IMG/VR virus record: IMGVR_UViG_3300001528_000534 | Coordinates: 64,001 to 128,000 of that record | Source of the DNA: a virus | Taxonomy: Duplodnaviria > Caudoviricetes | DNA length: 64,000 nucleotides | Direction: 5' to 3' (one strand) | Part shown: one piece after another, positions 24,950 through 36,817 of the stretch | Numbering within the stretch: the first letter of the stretch is position 1 | How the letters are laid out: each line of letters opens with the position of its first letter | Made by a program: the position numbers and the translations under genes | Notes under the pieces: generated by a model | What the model was told of the DNA's origin: nothing | Databases searched by the model: none | The model's input: only the letters and a program-made list of their open reading frames with translations

Positions 24950-26552
24950 TTAATGAGACCCCGTACTTCCAAAACCGCCATCTCCGCGAGCAGTATCTTC
25001 AAGTTCATCAACCTCTTGCCATGTATCTGTCACATAAGGAATGAAAATAAGTTGTGCAATACGCTCATTAGGTTCTATTATCTGACGGACATTTGAATCA
25101 TTGTGTAGAGGAACGATATATTCTCCCGTATAGTCTGTATCGCAAACCAATTTGTTATCGTAAAAGTTTTTTATCTTCTACCTCTTATGATTTCTCATAA
25201 GCTCAGCATATCTTTTCACTATATAAGTGCTGCGGCCTCGTGGGAGAATTATTCTTTCGTCATCTCCTATGCGTTGCCCCTGACTAAACCTATTTACATT
25301 TTAGCCTTCGGTTCGGATTAGCTTATTTTTCAACTTAGCCTTCCCGCTTAATTCCGCAGTTTAACGTCGGCGTTTTTATTTTTCTATAAATTCACTTGTT
25401 TCAAGCAATAAATCTTTAATATTTAATTCTTTATATCTAGTATAAGGTATTCGTATAAGAGGAATATTATTTTCTTTGCACCATTTAGATTTTATTAAAT
25501 CATGTTTATGAGTATATTCATAATCAAAAATACTATCTATGTTAAAATGCTATTCTCCATCATATTCAATTAAATATCTATTATCTATATAAAAATCAAA
25601 AGGCAAACTTCTTTTATCTTTACAAGAATTAAAAATTTTTTCTGTTTCATATTTAATATTATTTTGTTTTAATATTTGTGCAATTTTTTCATTACCTTTA
25701 GATATGTTAGAATGATTTCCGCAGCTTAAACTCTTTTCTTCTCTTAAAGATTGCCCTAAGACATCTTTTTCATTACCACATTCACATCGGCAACGCCAAT
25801 ATATGCTTCCATTTAAAGCTTTTTTATTAGATTTTCCTAAAACTACCCATTTTCCAAAAATCTGTCCTGTTAAATCTATCTCAGTGGTATTTTTATATTT
25901 TCGTTCTTTTCCTTTTAAGCCTGCATCATACCATGTTTTTGTAATCATTCCTCTTGATACGTTATATTCTTTTGCTAACTCACTTGAAGTTTTTGAATTA
26001 TAGTCTTTTATTATTTTTTCTTTATCTTTGGAAGATAATTTATAATTCCTATTTATTTGATTTATATTAAAATTAATTTTTTTAGCATGGTTTAAAACTG
26101 AGCCTTTATCACAATTATATAGCTCTCCCATTTTTCTTGAACTTTTAAATTTTAAATAATTAGCAATAAATTCATCATCGCTACCCCAGTTTATTCTTTT
26201 TCCCATATTCTATTCTCCTTTTTAATTTTTATCAATATTATATGAAAAAAGATTTCACCGGATTAATCAAAGAATACCAAAGATAAAATTTTTATTAGTT
26301 TTCACCGACACAATTCGCAGGTCTAAGTCCTTTCTTTGTAGCAAGTCCGCTACGAGCGAAAATAGCTCCAAAAGTATTAATATCTGCAATTTTAGGAGGA
26401 GTAATTGCAACACCTGTTCCAATTTTGACAGTTGTATGAGGCTGAATAGGAATAGGCTCATCAATACAAGCATATAAATCATAACCTGCCGCGTATTTAC
26501 TTCCCTGTGTAGGAATTGTTGCATTTGGCTTAATTTTCTTGAATTTAATCAT
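24950..26552 (-). CDS. dut: dUTPase (148 aa spliced; exons 26552-26304 and 25147-24950)
   Basis: AAGYDL, ARSGLA, spliced NCVG|VCDTDYTGE (motif III), ERIAQL, RGDGGFGSTG. Confidence 0.92.
25148..26303 (-). mobile_element. Group I intron (1156 nt) in dut, endonuclease ORF in the P1 loop
   Basis: GGU|...G|GTT boundaries restore motif III. The internal guide gccgacg (25365-25371) pairs with exon tgtcggU but lies after the ORF. Core closely resembles the intron at 21502. Confidence 0.88.
25376..26206 (-). CDS. Intron-encoded PD-(D/E)XK/Vsr-like homing endonuclease (276 aa, one TAG)
   Basis: N-terminal HTHs, DLTGQIFGKW...WRCRCECG...SCG module, SKGNEKI...LPFDFYI...LIEYDGE(TAG=Q)HF...HDLIKSKWCKENNIPLIRIPY; TAA 25376. 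Confidence 0.85.
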
Positions 26553-26556
26553 ATTT

Positions 26557-26802
26557 TTATTCTCCTCTTGTATATTCAGTGCTTACATTAAAAATAGGCT
26601 CTTTTTCGTCATTAAAAGATTTTACTACTTCAAAGCGAATCCATTCATCAACAACTTCGCCCTTTTCTTTCTTTTCTTTCTTTTGACTACTGTATTTAAC
26701 AATTTCAAAATTTCCATCAGCTTTTAGCTCTTCAAGAAAATTTTTAACTTCTTCTTCATTCGCCAATCTATAAACTTCTACTGTTTTAATTAAATATTTC
26801 AT
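26557..26802 (-). CDS. Hypothetical protein (81 aa)
   Basis: Intact ORF with AAGGAG RBS. Confidence 0.75.
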   Translation of the reverse strand: MKYLIKTVEVYRLANEEEVKNFLEELKADGNFEIVKYSSQKKEKKEKGEVVDEWIRFEVVKSFNDEKEPIFNVSTEYTRGE

Positions 26803-26816
26803 ATTAATATGACTCC

Positions 26817-27080
26817 TTAATTTATATTAATAATTAAATTTTTATTTCCATAATTTTTAGTATACTCTGTTAAAGTATCTTTTTTTATTTTTTCTAGAAA
26901 ATTAGTAGAACCAAATAAATTTACACAGTTACAATTCTCTTGCTCTACAAGAGTAGAAATTGAACGCGGCAAATCTTCTAAATTGCAAGCGTATTCTTTT
27001 ATACATAGTCCATTAGAATAAACTTTAATTTTCTAAAAACTATCGAACATAGAAATATTTACAATAATTTTATTATCCAT
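26817..27080 (-). CDS. Hypothetical protein (87 aa, one TAG)
   Basis: GGAGG RBS; MDNKIIVNISMFDSFQKIKVY...NLIININ TAA. Confidence 0.7.
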
Positions 27081-27091
27081 ATTTTTCCTCC

Positions 27092-27463
27092 TTAGCATTC
27101 AATAACTGCTTGAGAATAAGGAAATAAGTAATAAACATGGGGCAAATCTTCCATAAAAGGCTTCAACCAAATTTCATAAGCCCCATTTTTTTGTTTATCT
27201 ATTGCGTAAATAACTCCTCTTTCTTTTAGAGTTTCAATAACTTCATAACTTGCCTTTTGTCTTGAATTAAAAGAACCTTTAAGAACATATACAGTATAAT
27301 CGCTTAATTCTTTACATAAAAGCATATAATATTTTTCTTTTCTTTCAAAATAATTAATCAAATCAGCTCTTTTTAAATCTATCTCTCTATTAGATAAAGG
27401 ATTTTCTTTATTCACTAACTATTGATTAATTTCATACATATTTCCAATAGGTATATTATTCAT
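27092..27463 (-). CDS. Hypothetical protein (123 aa)
   Basis: AAGGAG RBS; MNNIPIGNMYEINQQLVNKE...YYMLLCKELSDYTV...YEIW...YYLFPY. Confidence 0.75.
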
Positions 27464-27944
27464 GTTTTTCTCCTTTACGCATATAAGATATTGTCTAATT
27501 TGAAGACCCTCTTAAATCAAGAGTTATATCTCTTAATGAATCTATATAAGGACCGTCAATTAAAACATCAACTTTATTAGCTACATTCTATTGAAGTAAA
27601 TTAAAATGTTGTTTTTCATATCCTGTCCACAAATAAATTGTAATATCTGGAAACATAATCCTTACATTGTCTATTAAGTATTCTACCAAAAAAATATTTT
27701 CATAACAGAGAGGTTCTCCGCCCAAAATACTAAAATTTCGTTTTATACCGTTTTTATCTATTGCAACAAGAATTTTCTTTAGAATATCTTCGGCGGTATC
27801 TCTTTTACCACCCATAAAAGACCAAGTTTCTGGATTATGGCAATTAAAACAATGATGTGGACACCCCTATGTCCAAAAAGATACGCATATTCCTTTTCCA
27901 TTTGTTGTATCATTTTCTTTAATATCTGCATAAGCAACGAACAT
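27456..27944 (-). CDS. nrdG: Anaerobic ribonucleotide reductase activase
   Basis: NGKGICVSFWT(Q)GCPHHCFNCHNPETW radical-SAM CxxxCxxC; LGGEP; DVLIDGPY; RGSSNQ. Confidence 0.92.
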
Positions 27945-27979
27945 ATTTGTTGAAACCTCCAACATAAATTATAAATTCC

Positions 27980-30900
27980 TTAATCTAAATGAACAACTCT
28001 CATTTTTATTTCTTGAGTTCGCCCATAATTCCAAAAATGCGCTCCGATATATCCGCAAGTTCTTCTTGCAACGTTCATTTTTGACTAATCTCTATTGCCA
28101 CAATTAGGACAATACCATTGCATATTATTATCAATCAATATTTCTCCGTCATAGCCACAATTATGACAATAATCAGATTTTGTATTTAATTCAGCATATG
28201 CAATATTATTATAAATAAACTAAATAATAGATAGAACAGCGGGAATGTTATTTTGTAAATTTGGAGTCTCTATATAACTTATTGCGCCACCCGCACTATG
28301 TTTTTGAAATTCAGCTTCAATAGATAATTTAGAAAAAGCGTCTATTTTTTCAAAAACTGGAAGATGATAACTATTGGTGATGAAATTTCTATCTTGACCA
28401 TCAAGTTTAATAAAGATATCTTCTCCAAATCTTTTCTTTAAAGTCTTAGCGAATTTATAAGTTGTGGATTCTATCCTTCACTTTTTGTTTTTGGACTATC
28501 TTTTCACCCTTTTTCTCAAAGGGGTTCGCTCTTTCGCTTTTGCTACTCTACTAGGCTTGTCACCGTTCGATAGTCTCTACACATTTATATTATTATTTTT
28601 AATATTGTTCATCTTGGTATCTAAAATACCAATCTTTTCTAACAGGTCTTTTATATTTTGCTTGTCTACCAATGGTTGAGGCAGGACACCCTGTTAATCT
28701 TGCAGCTTCTTTTATCGAACCATATCTTCCCAATTCTTTATTTGTTTTTGTTTCATACATTACAACAGGTTTAGATTGACTATCATTATATCCTTTATCA
28801 TTTATTAATAATCCATCATTAATTGCTTTTTGCGTATTTTCAGAATAAGTAGTCCAATATAAATTATCGACTCTGCAATCAGTTTTTATATTATTTTTAT
28901 GACCTACAATAGGAAGATTTTTAGGATTTGGGATAAAAGTTTCTGCTATAACAATATGCTATCTTCTTTTTTTCTTAATATATTTACCATTTTTATCAAT
29001 ATATTTTAATGTACAGTATTTATAGCCCTGTACTAAAGAGGATGCGCACTCAAAATATTCTCCATAATGTTTTACAGGAGTAAGTATATCTTTATACCAT
29101 CTATTTGGGACTTTTCGAGTTTCTTGTCCATAGATTTTTCCATCTGGAGTACACCAATTTAAAGTATTCTTGATTACTTTTGCATTTGTAGGCAACTCTT
29201 TAAAATAGTTCATCTTTTGTCTCCTTTCTTTTTTAATAATTAAAAATAATAATAATTTAGCTCGGGATTTCTTTCGATTCCCCGAATTAAGCGATTTTTT
29301 CATTATCTATCACTAGATAAGCTCCCATAGAATCTAACTTTTTAAATTTCAGGAGACCCATATACGCTATAATCAATATCTTCTTCTTGCTTCCACTATT
29401 CACACTTTTTTTCAAGAGCTTCCATAATTTTTAATCCAAAATTTCTGCTTCTTCCTTCAACTGCATGAGATTTTCCAGTCATATATTTTACACATTCATA
29501 TAAACCAGCGTATCCCAAGCTAGCAGTAGCATAACCATGGTGAAGAAGCTCTCTTATGCTTTCATGTTTATCTAATCTTGCAAAAGCTCCATGTTGCCAC
29601 AAAATAGGTGCGACATCAGAAGTTATTTTTTCAAGTCTTTTAATACGAGCTTGTAATCCTCTATGACAAAGTTCAGTTCTTTCTTCAAAAAGCTTCCAAA
29701 ATAATTCTTCATTCTTATGAGAAGAAAAAGCTATATCAGGTAAATTTAATGTCGTTACGCCAACATTAAATCTTCCATAATATTTTCCTTTATCTGAATC
29801 ATAATTCTTAGCTCTTGAGATATTTTCTTTAACTCTATCAGCACTAAGAAAACTTCTACAACCCATACAAGGAAAACAGTCTCCATTTTTCATTTCTTTT
29901 AATTTTTTTTCTGAAATGTAGTCTGGAACCATACGCTTTGCAGTGCATTTTGCGGCAAGCTCTGTTATTTTCCAATAAGGAGAATTTTTATGAATATTAT
30001 CCTCTTCTAAAACATAAAGAAGTTTAGGAAAAGCTTGTGTTACATATACTCCTTTTTCATTTTTCATGCCTTGCATTCTTTGTTTTAAAAATTCTTCTAT
30101 TAAAAGAGCTAAATCCTCTTTATATCTTTTTGTTTCTCCTAAATACATACATACAGAGAGGAATGGTGCTTGCCCATTCGTAGTGCTCATAGAATTAATT
30201 TGATAATTAAAAGTCTAAACGGCATCAGAGATTTCTTTTTGTAAATCCTCTTCTGCGAAATTTTTAGATTGCTCTTCACTAAAGCCTCTTTCAATATATT
30301 TTTCATAATACTTTTTTCTGCTATCTTCTACAAAAGGTGCTAAATGAGTTAAAGAAATAGTACAGCCGCCATACTGAGAACTAGCTACCGCCGTAATAAT
30401 CTATGTTGCTATTGTTACAGCAGTTAATAGACGATGAGGCTTTTCAATCATTACTCCATTGATATTAGTACCATTTTGGAGCATATCTTCTAAATTAATT
30501 AAACTACAATTTGTTAAAGCATTTTGTGCCATATAATCTATATCATGCTAATGAATTATACCTTTATCATGAGCTTCACAAATATCCGCGTCTAACAACT
30601 TTCTACGACTATAATCTGTACTAGCAATACCTGCGAGATAGTCTCTTTGTACTGTCACAACAGTAGCATTCTTATTGGAATTTTCTGTCTTCCAATATTC
30701 ATTATCTCCTTTTAGAAAATCCGTAATAGTTTTATCGGTTATATTGCCTCTTGCTTGATTTCTCTCTTCTCTATAAAGAATATAAGCCTTAGCAACATCT
30801 TTCCTCTTAGTTGACATTAATCCTTTTTCGACTAAATCCTGAATATCTTCAACACTTAATTTTTTTTCTGTTGCAATATCTTCAATATAATTTGAAATAT

Positions 30901-31027
30901 TCTCAGCCTTTTTTTCGGCATATTCAGAAATCTCTCCGTCAACTTGTTTAAATGCGGCAAGTATGGCTCTTTCAATTTTCTTTTTATTAAACTAGACTTT
31001 TCTGCCATCTCTTTTAATAATTTCCAT
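27980..31027 (-). CDS. nrdD: Anaerobic (class III) ribonucleotide reductase (723 aa spliced; exons 31027-29351 and 28474-27980)
   Basis: N-terminal ATP cone (MEIIKRDG), SSQYGG, CMGCRSFL, spliced YGSP|IESTTYKFAK, C-terminal CxxC pairs and RRTCGYI glycyl-radical loop. Confidence 0.95.
28475..29350 (-). mobile_element. Group I intron (876 nt) in nrdD
   Basis: CCU|...G|ATA boundaries; P1 ctccU/Gggag; P7 AGAGACTA / GATAGTCC; ORF lies between the P4-P6 region and P7. Confidence 0.9.
28599..29213 (-). CDS. Intron-encoded HNH endonuclease with NUMOD1-like tail (204 aa, one TAG)
   Basis: R(Q)HIVIAETFIPNPKNLPIVGHKNNIKTDCRVDNLYW; C-terminal SKPVVMY...YGSIKEAARLTG. Confidence 0.85.
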
Positions 31028-31082
31028 ATTTCTGGACCTCCTAATTATTTAATCATTTTAAGGAAAATATTTTCCACTTAAA

Positions 31083-31121
31083 ATATGAAAAATTATAATT
31101 TTAAGTTATTTTACTTCGACC
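31083..31121 (-). promoter_or_regulatory. GG-N10-ATAA-N18-CATAT promoter-like motif upstream of nrdD
   Basis: Minus strand GGTCGAAGTAAAATAA-CTTAAAATTATAATTTTT-CATAT, exact spacing. Confidence 0.6.
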
Positions 31122-31689
31122 AATGCTTATTAGCAAAATCAACGATTGCCTCCCCAAGAAAATAAGTAAATTTTTTCTTATTATTTTTAAAAGTAATTAA
31201 AGTAAATTCATCATTAATATCTGAAAAATCTTTTTTATCTTGTAAAAATCGCCTACAAATTTCAGAACAATCGGGCGTATCTTCTCTGTTAAGCGCTCTC
31301 AATAGACGTTGTTTATCTGAAACTTCAATATAGAAAGGAATAATATCTAATTCTGGATTTCCTAAAAGATTTTCATATGCTTCAGGACAAAAAACTCCAA
31401 TATTAATTTTTTCAGGAGATAAAGACATTTGTATTGTTCCATAGTACCAACCATTAAAACAAGAAGCTTCCATTATCTCTCCATTTAAAATTGCTTTAGT
31501 GAAATCTTCTTCTGTCATAAAGAAATAATCAACGCCATCTTTTTCTCTCTCTCTCATCGGGCGGGTAGTAGCAGGAATAATATTATTATAATTTGTATTT
31601 TTTAAAATGGATTTTTTAATAGTATCTTTCCCGCTGCCACTTGGACCAATTAAAGCTATTATTTTATACTTCTTCTGAATATCGTTCAT
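31111..31689 (-). CDS. gmk: Guanylate kinase
   Basis: GPSGSGKDT P-loop, TTRPMREREKDGVDYFF, FNGWYYGT; probable start ATG 31689. Confidence 0.9.
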   Translation of the reverse strand: MNDIQKKYKIIALIGPSGSGKDTIKKSILKNTNYNNIIPATTRPMREREKDGVDYFFMTEEDFTKAILNGEIMEASCFNGWYYGTIQMSLSPEKINIGVFCPEAYENLLGNPELDIIPFYIEVSDKQRLLRALNREDTPDCSEICRRFLQDKKDFSDINDEFTLITFKNNKKKFTYFLGEAIVDFANKHWSK

Positions 31690-34600
31690 GTTCAAGCTCC
31701 ATTTCTGTACCATTATTATAAATTTTGGTAATTTTATATAATTGGTGGGTTGGCGTATGCTTATAAGATTTACATACAAAAGTATCCTCTCTGCGGAAAC
31801 CAGTACACATTACTAAAGTTCCTCTTTTAAACCAACCTTTTTCCATAACTTTTTTCGTTCCGTCTTCTTGCTTTTCTGATATTTGTCTAGCATACATAGC
31901 ATAATATTCTTTTGTGAATTTTACATTTACAACTCCTGTTGTGGTTAATATAGAAATAGTTGAACGGTTATCATCTTTACTAATAACTGTACCAACAATT
32001 TTATAAGTTTTATAAATAGGAATTATAGAATTTCCTCTCTTAAAACTTTTTTCTATGATAGGGGTCTCAGGTAAAGTATTAAAGTCTGAAAGTCCATATT
32101 TAACAGTATTAATATTCTGTAACTCATGAGAGTGATGATAAAAACACAACACTTCCATTTCCCATGCAGAAATTGAACCTTGAGCATATTTATTCCAAGC
32201 ATCTTTAAAGAGAGCAAAATTATAATCTTTCAATACTTGCTCTTGATTTTGATTTAACCATTCTCTTGCTAAATCCATTTCATGAGAATAAATTTTATCC
32301 CAAGTTGTTTGTAAAATACAATAAATACCATTAATATATGAAATATTATTTATGTCATATTTATTTCTATAAAAAGTTAAACTTAGGTTATCAAAAAGAT
32401 AATACTTTCCTCTCTTAAATTTCTTTAAATATTTATTAAAATTATAAACTTTAATAATAGGAAATAAAGATTGAGGAATAATACCACTTTGAATTAATCC
32501 ATTAAAATTTTGCAAAGTAATTTTCTTTTTAGCGTCACAATTTAAACTAAGATAATAAACCATTGCTAAAATACGAGGCTCAATTTTTATTTTTTCTGCC
32601 CAACTTTGCATTAATTTATCGAATGCCCCAGCTTTAATTAAAGGAATCATGGTGCTTTTATTTAAAGGACATCTTGTTAAAAAATCTTTCATAGAAAAAT
32701 AAGGTCTGCCCGCAATAATTTTTTCCGCGGTTTCTTGATTCATTCTTGTTAAAGCTTTCATTCCAAAAAGAATTTCATTATCTTCAAGATTAGGCTTGAA
32801 AGTTAAGTCTGATTTGTTAATATCTACTAAAGATACTTTAATATTATTAGATGCCATTTTGCAAAGAGCTTTCGCATTTTTGGCATAATCAGTTTGCTTT
32901 TCTTTTCCTTCTCCGTCATCTTCTACCATACCACTATTGACGATAAGGCAAGCGGTATTCCAATAAAGAGGATTCCAATGTGTTGGAAGATAAGCTGATT
33001 GATAACCTATATAAGAATAAGACATTGAATGAATATCGCTAAAAGCATATCCCAATTGTGTCGCTACTACAACGTCCCATACATATTGAGCAACATTTTG
33101 GTCTATTGCTTTAGAAAAAATCTGTTCCTTTAAAACAGGAATTTGATTCATTTTTTTCTTACTTACAATGCGGCGAGCAGTATTTGCTTCTTTTAAACTA
33201 AAATTACAAATATTTTTATCCATTAGAACTCTCATGAGCTGTTCTTGAGATATTCCAATGCCGCTTGTTTCAGTTAAATATTTTCTTATTGTCTGTTGCT
33301 CTTCTTTTGTCAATTTATAAAAGTCCATTTCTTTTTGCCATTCTTTAGGATTATTTTTAAATCTTACATACTTCTCAAGAGGAGTTTCCGCACCTTTCTC
33401 TTGTGTCATAAGACGAATAACGCCATTAGTAGCAGATAATTCATACATATTACAAGGCTTTACTTTTTTTGCTCCTTGTCTTCCAATAGGAGAATCAAGT
33501 TGGAATAAATCTAAGCTATCTGCATTTTGAATAGTTTTCCATGTATTTTTATCTTCTAAAGACATCTCTGTTAAAAGATATTTATTATAAGCTTCTCTTA
33601 AACTTAATGAAGCATCTATTTCATTATATTGCTGTAAAAATTTAATAGTTTCTACAATTTTGTCTTGAATTTCAGTTACTAATAAATCAAATTTTGTAGA
33701 ACCTGCCCATTCTGCATCATGTAAATCATACTGTGTAGTAACTTCTCCGGAAGGAGATTTCATGAAACAATTAAATTCATAAGGGTCACTATCCAAAAAA
33801 AGCACTCCTGATGCATGGCGTCCTCTTCTTGAAATCAAACCTTCAATACCACACATAATATCATATAGTCCGGGATATGAATCTACTGTCTGTTTAAAAG
33901 GAATAACTGGCTTTCTACCTTTCTCTGGGTTTCCATAATATACATCATGTAAACTCCACACGAATCCTCTTTCAGAAGGAACTAAAGAAGAGATATACTG
34001 TGCTATATCAACATCGATACCTTCAGGACAAGTTTCAGAGCGATATCCTCTACAACTTGTTAAAATTGCACTCTTAGTAGTTTCTGTTCCATATGTGCAA
34101 ACATATACAGCTCCGAGATTTTCTTTTGAGATTTCATCAATTTCAGGTAAAAATCTTTGACCTCTTTCATGCTTAATTTCTTTTAATATTTTTGCTATTT
34201 TTGTAGAACATACATCTATATCTATATCTCCTAACTCTTCTGTATCTCTATTCATGTAACGGAAGAAAGGAAAATTCCACTCGAGAGGGTCTAATTGAGT
34301 AATCGTTTTTCCACCATTATTTCTAATGGGACTGACTATCTCTTACTTCCAAAAAGGAAGAATACCATTTCAAGTTACGTGTCAATAGTAACTTTACTTC
34401 ACTTAGCGTGAATAGTCGATACACATTTTAATTAAATATTTTATATATTTTTCCAAGTCCGATATCTTATGATATCGGATATAGTTGTTCTCGATACTTG
34501 AGGATACAGCATCGAAATTTCTTTAACACTTTTCTTTTCTTGTTCTCTTAGTTTTCTGATTGTAAGAATATCGTTTTTTGTTAACTTTGCATTTGGGTTC

Positions 34601-36752
34601 TTTTCATTTCCCCGCTGTAAAGAATATCTTTTCTTTTTTATTTCTTCTGAAAAGACTTCTGGCATAATTAATTTAAAACTTTGACCTCTGAAGATATCGA
34701 AAAAAGTATTTTTTGAACACTTTTCTTTGTACAAAGGATATAGTTCTTTCCAATCTTTTAATTCAGCATACGCGACTCTTATATTTACAATGTCTTCATA
34801 TGTAAATTTTGTTTTTATAAACTAACAAGAAAAAGCTAAGTTATCAAAGTACATATCAACAGTTGGACAAATTTCTTTTCTCACTTCATCTCTATATATT
34901 TGTAAGAAATATCCATGACTCATTTTATCACAAAATAAATCATATAAGAGATATTCAGGAATATTCCGATGAGTTTTTATATAAAAAACGTCTTCGTCTG
35001 ATATAACAAGACCACGCCCGCCATATAGTCCACCTTTTGCAATATTGTATCCATTTGGTACGAGAGAATTTTCTTTTTCTATCAAATTTATCTCCATTTT
35101 TTCTGCTTCTTCAACAGATAATTCGTCTGCAATAATTTGATATTCAAAATTTTCTTCTCCGTATTTTTGAATAGCTTGATGGATTAAACTTGATGTTTTC
35201 TATCTTTTATGCTAAGCCATTCTTTTTTCAAAATTAGTTGTAATTCCAATATATTTCTTATGATTAATTTTATTAATAATCATATAACAATACATACTCT
35301 TTTAACCTCCTTTCTTTCAGAATATCCTCATAAAATATTTAATTATTTAGCTCGGGATTAACTTGCCTAATTTGTTAGGTTTAGCCTTCCCCGACAGCCT
35401 TATAAGTATTTTTTACTTACTCTTATTAAACAAGATGCTTATAAGACCTCATTGACGAAATGATTAGGTATTAACGGGCATTAACAACACAGTCTACCCA
35501 ATAAATAATGATTGAGAGCGGAACAAGCAGAACCTCTACCTACACCAACAGTGCTTCCGCATTCCCAAATTAAATTAATATAGTGAGCAAGAGTTATAGG
35601 ATAACTAAACATATTAGTATTTAATTTTTTACCTATAATATATTTTACATTCGCTTCTTCTTCTAACTCATCAAGATATTTTTTATTATACTTCCCAAGT
35701 TCATTTAATTTATTTATACACTCATTTACCCAATATCTATCAATTTTATCAGGAGAATGATACATAGAAGATAAAGTAGGATATCCTTCGATATCATTAT
35801 CTATAATAGGATAATCTTTTAGTTCAATAGTAGGTATTTGCTGAGAATGATGAAGAGAATAATTTTCAACTTTATTATATATCTCCATAGTATTCTGAAA
35901 CATTTCTTCAACAAACATTTCATCATAATCAGAAAGTTTAAATTTTTCTATCATCTCTTCATTAGAATGTAAATAAGTATCCTGATAAAAAGCATCTACT
36001 TCTCTTTCCTTCTCTTCACTATTAAGAAAAGCTTTATGTATATATCTATCTTCTTTTTTTAAATAATGAGCATCAGAAGTAGGAATCATTTTTAAATCAA
36101 AACAATGAGCAATAGAAACTAATCTTCTATTAACAGTAATCTGGTCTTTACTTATGCCGGGCTGAACTTCAATATAAAAATCATCTTTAAAAATATCTTT
36201 GCACCAAAGAATAAACTTAACGATACCATCATGTTCTCTTTGCGCAGACTCTACGTCGCCCAATTTTTCAGCTGCTGTTAGATTTAAAATTCTATTTCCT
36301 AATTCTGAACCTAAGCATGCTGTACTTCCAATAATATGTCCGGGGTCTCTTTTAAGAATATCTTCGAGGTCTGATTTTAAAGTATCCACTCTTTCCATAC
36401 CTCTGGAAGTATATACATTAAGCCAAGCTTTTGAAGAAAGTATTCGAAGCTGTTTATGACCTATTTTATCTTTCGCTGTTAATAAGAAATGCCAATGCTT
36501 ATCTGAACCTCTTTCATCTATAAGATAAATTTCATTTCCTAACATAACTTTAAAAAGAGGATTTTTGTCTTTTATTTTTTCTGCATATTTATTAGCTCTG
36601 ATATGCATTCCAAGAAATTCATGGTCACTAATAGAAACTCCTGCAAGTCCTATTTCAATAGCTCTATCTATAAGCTGTTCAGGAGTAGGTAGAGCATCTC
36701 TTAATCTCATATTTGAACCTCTTGTGTGACAATGAATATCACATCTCTGCAT
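31664..36752 (-). CDS. dnaE: DNA polymerase III alpha subunit (1298 aa spliced; exons 36752-35496 and 34303-31664)
   Basis: PHP domain (HCHT, SDH, SDAHY), GVGRGSA, spliced HYLLG|ITQLDP, DIDID, RHASGV, KFDLL, GYAFSDIHS, C-terminal OB fold. Confidence 0.95.
34304..35495 (-). mobile_element. Group I intron (1192 nt) in dnaE
   Basis: GGU|...G|ATT boundaries restore LLGITQLDP; P1 tgggU/Gcccg; P7 tcGACTA / gaTAGTC. Confidence 0.9.
34441..35295 (-). CDS. Intron-encoded GIY-YIG homing endonuclease (284 aa, three TAGs)
   Basis: MYCYMIINKINHKKYIGIT...KR...AIQKYGEENF...E...NGYN; C-terminal NPNAKLT-HTH module; joins ORFs 34822 and 34441. Confidence 0.85.
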
Positions 36753-36817
36753 TTTTATACCTCTTTTCTTCTCTTATTTATATTAATATTATATCATATT
36801 TTTATAATAAAATCAAA

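Noticed and set aside
34304-35495. Interruptions in dnaE, gyrB, nrdD and dut read as inteins or natural split genes
   Set aside because: Inserts contain stops and non-coding flanks with U|...G| boundaries and P1/P7 pairings; no Cys...His-Asn intein ends.
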